A stretch of DNA of 64,000 nucleotides from a virus: the IMG/VR virus record IMGVR_UViG_3300029258_001212, positions 1 through 64,000 of that record; one strand, written 5' to 3'. The translations under genes were made by a program, and so were the position numbers. This document shows, in pieces, positions 60,583-64,000 of this stretch. How positions within the stretch are numbered: the stretch's first letter is position 1; each line of letters starts with the position of its first letter. The notes under the pieces were generated by a model. That model saw only the letters and a program-made list of their open reading frames with translations, was not told where the DNA came from and searched no databases.

Positions 60583-61089
60583 ATGGCCAGATTCCGCAAC
60601 ACTCAAAATCGTCCCCTACCCGTGGACTTCGCCAACGGCGATTCCATGTCCGTTGCCCCCCTGGCCGAGTTCCCTGTGGATCGGCAGACTGCGAACAGCA
60701 GTCCGTTCCGTGCGCTGAAAAGAAAGGGTCACGTGGTCGAGGTGGGAGTGGATCCAAAGCCTGTGAAGGTGCCGGCCGCTCCCGCTCCTCTGCCACCTCC
60801 CCCGAAGCATACCCCGGAGCCAGTGAAGGCCCCGGAGCCCAAGCCTGAGCCCCAACCCGAGCCCGAGCTCGAGGTGGAGCTAGAGGCGGAACCGGCTCCA
60901 GAGCCTCCGCCAGTTCCCTCCGATGACCCCGGGCAGCCTGTTACTGAGCCCGGAGCCGAGTCTTCTGATGCTCACGAGTCCGAGCCCCCCGCCGATGACG
61001 GCGAGGAGAGCGGCAAGGATGAGCCCCCGCCCGGGGAGACTCCGACTCCGAAGCGTACCTCCAAGCGCAGACGCAAGCGCAAGGGGTAG
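60583..61089 (+). CDS. Pro/Glu-rich protein preceding sheath
   Basis: Short globular N-terminus plus low-complexity tail. Confidence 0.6.
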   Translation: MARFRNTQNRPLPVDFANGDSMSVAPLAEFPVDRQTANSSPFRALKRKGHVVEVGVDPKPVKVPAAPAPLPPPPKHTPEPVKAPEPKPEPQPEPELEVELEAEPAPEPPPVPSDDPGQPVTEPGAESSDAHESEPPADDGEESGKDEPPPGETPTPKRTSKRRRKRKG

Positions 61090-61187
61090 CAGGATCGGTA
61101 ACATGCGGCTGCCCAGGCGGTAGCTGTTCAAAAGATTCATGAACGGATCGCCGCTCCGATGGAGTGGCACATCGGAGGAGAACCATC

Positions 61188-63353
61188 ATGGCGGAATACC
61201 TGAGCCCGGGCGTCTACATCGAGGAGCGAGCGGCGGGTCCCGCGGTGGTCAGCGGCGTGAGCACGTCCACGTGCGCCACCGTGGGCTGGCTCCAGCGCGG
61301 ACCGGTGGGGAAGGCCACCCTGGTCACGGGGTTCGATGACTTCGTGGACAAGTTCGGCTCCTACTGGAGCAACAGCTACGTGCCCTACGCCATGGCGGCG
61401 TTCTTCTCCAACGGTGGCTCCCGCGCGTACATCGTGCGCGAGGTGCCGGCCAACGCGGTGAAGGCGGACTGCGCCATCGAAGATGCGGACCAGGCGGCCT
61501 ACGTGCTGGGCTGGCGCATCCCGGCGGCGGGCATCACCATCACGGCCACCACCGATGACGGGCTCAAGGTCACGGACGAGGCGGCGGCCTACGATGACAT
61601 TGACCTGACCGCGGGCGGTGGCACCGGGACCTACACGGCCACCCAGATCGCCGCTGCGATCAACGCGGACATTTCCGCCACGTCCACGGCCTCGGTGGTC
61701 ACCGACACGGACGGCTACCAGCGGATCAAGATCACGTCGGACCAGACCGGCGGCACGGGCGCGAGCTCCTCGGTGGCGGTGGAGGCCCCCACCACCCTGG
61801 GCGATGGCACCCAGCTCATCTTCGGTGGCACCCCGAGTGCCACCGGGTCGGACCAGGCGGATCGCTGGTCGATCACGGCCGAGAACGAGGGCGCCTGGGG
61901 CAACCTGGTCAAGGCGTGCCTGATCGGCAACGATTCCTACCGGGACACCACCAACGGCGGCTACACCAAGTTCGACATGCTGGTGTACGAGGAGAGCTCC
62001 CTCGGGGCCGGCGACTACGTGGTGCAGGAGCAGCTCGGGCCGTTCAACCTCACCACGGCGGGTGATCCGGACTACTTCGTGGACGAGGTGAACGCCAAGT
62101 CGGACCTGGTGCGCGTGGCGGCCGGCGCCAGCCCGGGCGTACCCTGGGAGCTCCAGCCGGCCACCTGGACGGCCGAGCCGCTGTTCCTCGAGGACGGTGC
62201 CAGCTTGGCCTACACGCTCTATCTGGCGCACCCGGAGGTGCTCCGGAGCTCGGTGAGCATCACCGATGGCACCGAGACGTTCACCGACGACGGCAATGGC
62301 ACCCTCACGGGTGACCAGGGCGGCGACGGGACGATCAACTACACCACCGGGTACGTGACCCTCAACTTCAACGCCACGGGTACGGCGGTGGTGACGGCCA
62401 CCTACAAACAGGTGAGCCATGACACCGAGGCGTGCTGCACCCTGTCCGGCGGCTCGGACGGCACGGGCGGTCTGACCCGTTCCCTGGTGACGGACCCGGC
62501 GCTCCAGTCCAGCCGGCGCGGGATCTACGCCCTGGACCAGATCGAAGAGATCCTCCAGGTGTTCCTCCCGGACTTCGCGGGCTCGGTGATCGTGGCCAAC
62601 GACCTGATCGCCTGGGCGGAGGACGGCAAGGACCGGTTCATCCTCCTGGATCCGGCTTCGGATCTCACCCCCCAGGAGGTGCTCGAGTACCGGCAGTTCA
62701 CCGGGGCGTTCGCCAGCTCCTACGCGGCGCTGTACTACCCCTGGGTGACCATCGCCAACAGCCTGGCGAACAACCGGCCCATGAACATGCCCCCCTCGGG
62801 CTTCGTGGCCGGCGTGTTCGCCCGGACGGATCAGCAGCGGAACGTCGGAAAGGCCCCCGCGGGCATCAACGACGGGAAGCTCCTCCTGGCCATCGGGCTC
62901 GAGTACGACACGAGCAAGGGCGAGCGGGATCTGATCTACCCGGCGAACATCAACCCCCTGGTGGACAGCCCCCAGACGGGCCGGGCTGTATGGGGCGCTC
63001 GGACCATGAGCATCGACGCGGAGTGGAAGTACATCCAGGTCCGCAGGTTGTTCATGTTCCTGGAGAAGTCCACGTTCCTGGCCACCCACTGGGCGGTCTT
63101 CGAGTCCAACAACGCGGGGCTGTGGGCGCGGATCTCCGCGAGCCTCAACTCGTTCATGCTCAACCTCCACAACGAGGGCTACTTCGCCGGGCAGGATCCG
63201 GACGAGTCCTTCAAGGTGGTGTGCGACAGCACCAACAACCCCCAGGAGAACATCGACCTGGGCCTGGTGACGTGCGACATTTACGCCGCTCCGAACAAGC
63301 CCGGCGAATTCGTGCGGTTCCGGTTCCAGCAAAAGGTCAACCAGAGCGCCTAA
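61188..63353 (+). CDS. Contractile tail sheath protein
   Basis: MAEYLSPGVYIEE; FFSNGGSRAYIVR; GAWGN; AALYYPW; PPSGFVAG..ARTD; KAPAG; WGART; YIQVRRL; VFESN; PGEFV. Confidence 0.95.
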   Translation: MAEYLSPGVYIEERAAGPAVVSGVSTSTCATVGWLQRGPVGKATLVTGFDDFVDKFGSYWSNSYVPYAMAAFFSNGGSRAYIVREVPANAVKADCAIEDADQAAYVLGWRIPAAGITITATTDDGLKVTDEAAAYDDIDLTAGGGTGTYTATQIAAAINADISATSTASVVTDTDGYQRIKITSDQTGGTGASSSVAVEAPTTLGDGTQLIFGGTPSATGSDQADRWSITAENEGAWGNLVKACLIGNDSYRDTTNGGYTKFDMLVYEESSLGAGDYVVQEQLGPFNLTTAGDPDYFVDEVNAKSDLVRVAAGASPGVPWELQPATWTAEPLFLEDGASLAYTLYLAHPEVLRSSVSITDGTETFTDDGNGTLTGDQGGDGTINYTTGYVTLNFNATGTAVVTATYKQVSHDTEACCTLSGGSDGTGGLTRSLVTDPALQSSRRGIYALDQIEEILQVFLPDFAGSVIVANDLIAWAEDGKDRFILLDPASDLTPQEVLEYRQFTGAFASSYAALYYPWVTIANSLANNRPMNMPPSGFVAGVFARTDQQRNVGKAPAGINDGKLLLAIGLEYDTSKGERDLIYPANINPLVDSPQTGRAVWGARTMSIDAEWKYIQVRRLFMFLEKSTFLATHWAVFESNNAGLWARISASLNSFMLNLHNEGYFAGQDPDESFKVVCDSTNNPQENIDLGLVTCDIYAAPNKPGEFVRFRFQQKVNQSA

Positions 63354-63383
63354 TCGGCACTGGATCCGGAAAGGAGATAGAAC

Positions 63384-63857
63384 ATGGCGCGTTCCATTGC
63401 TCTCGACTACTACCAGGCGTTCCGGTTCGGTGCATCGTTCACCTGGAACGGCACGGCCTACGTCCAGGAAGGGACGGGGTTCAACAACATCACGATCCCG
63501 GAGACCAGCCAGGAGGCGGCCGAGTACCGCGAGGGGAAGGACACCTGGACCAAGAAGCAGCCGGGTCCCCCCACCGTCTCCGAAGTCACGCTCCAGCGTG
63601 GCGTCACCAAGGCGTTCACCGGGTTCTGGGACTGGATCATCGGATCCATCCGCGGTGCGGAGTACCGCGTGGATCTGATCATCCACCACTTTCACCGTGA
63701 GGACGACATTCAGGGCGCCGCCAGCTTCCGCGTGGAGCTCGGCCAGGCGTTCCCGAGCCGGGTGAAGCCCACGGGTGACCTGGACGCCACCAGCTCGGAG
63801 ATCTCGCTGGCGGAGCTGGAGCTCACCTGCGAGGAGATGGACATCGCCATCGCGTAG
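63384..63857 (+). CDS. Tail tube protein (T4 gp19/Afp1-like)
   Basis: FRF...GF...EYREG...K.PG...VTLQRGV...FWDWI...A.P......LDA.SSEI..EL. Confidence 0.9.
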   Translation: MARSIALDYYQAFRFGASFTWNGTAYVQEGTGFNNITIPETSQEAAEYREGKDTWTKKQPGPPTVSEVTLQRGVTKAFTGFWDWIIGSIRGAEYRVDLIIHHFHREDDIQGAASFRVELGQAFPSRVKPTGDLDATSSEISLAELELTCEEMDIAIA

Positions 63858-63896
63858 GCGGTGGACACCATGACCCCTCTTCGGTAGGATCGTCAC

Positions 63897-64000
63897 ATGC
63901 CCCGGCTCCGTTTACTGGACCGGCTCCAGGTGTACCAGTTTCACCTGATGGACGTGTCCTACAGCTTGGCGTTTCCCCCTTGGGCCCTGGACCCGCTCCT
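63897..64000 (+). CDS. Partial gene, probably second tube-like tail protein
   Basis: MPRLRLLDRLQVYQFHLMDVS parallels the tube N-terminus MARSIALDYYQAFRF; truncated by the window edge. Confidence 0.45.
   Translation, partial: MPRLRLLDRLQVYQFHLMDVSYSLAFPPWALDPL

Noticed and set aside
21986-63857. TAG stop-codon reassignment (many late genes end in TAG)
   Set aside because: Conserved structural genes are full length under the standard code, and the TAGs are followed by RBS plus start codon

Overview
A 64 kb segment of a large, high-GC, contractile-tailed dsDNA phage (or its prophage), with essentially all genes on the + strand. It has four parts. (1) 1-17.8 kb: about 50 small, translationally coupled accessory ORFs, more than half with CxxC zinc-ribbon motifs. 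(2) 17.8-21.1 kb: a gene-poor island rich in repeats and palindromes, with a possible small-terminase-like gene. (3) 21.2-39.2 kb, with a second cluster at 49.7-58.6 kb: an array of about 25 unrelated, mostly Lys/Arg-rich proteins. They share an acidic helical leader/linker (L-x-E-x-I/L-R-x-x-A/S-G-L-x-E|A/S) ending in a T4-gp21-type L/I-x-E cleavage site, and several repeat it internally like polyproteins. I interpret them as protease-matured capsid cargo (internal/injected proteins). (4) 41-64 kb: a T4-like head module (portal, core, protease-scaffold fusion, MCP, neck) followed by tail sheath and tube genes. Five copies of a conserved ~70 bp intergenic element (sigma54 -24/-12 consensus + TTAATTAA + covarying hairpin) are dispersed in alternating orientation. 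All assignments come from motif recognition by eye; no searches were run.
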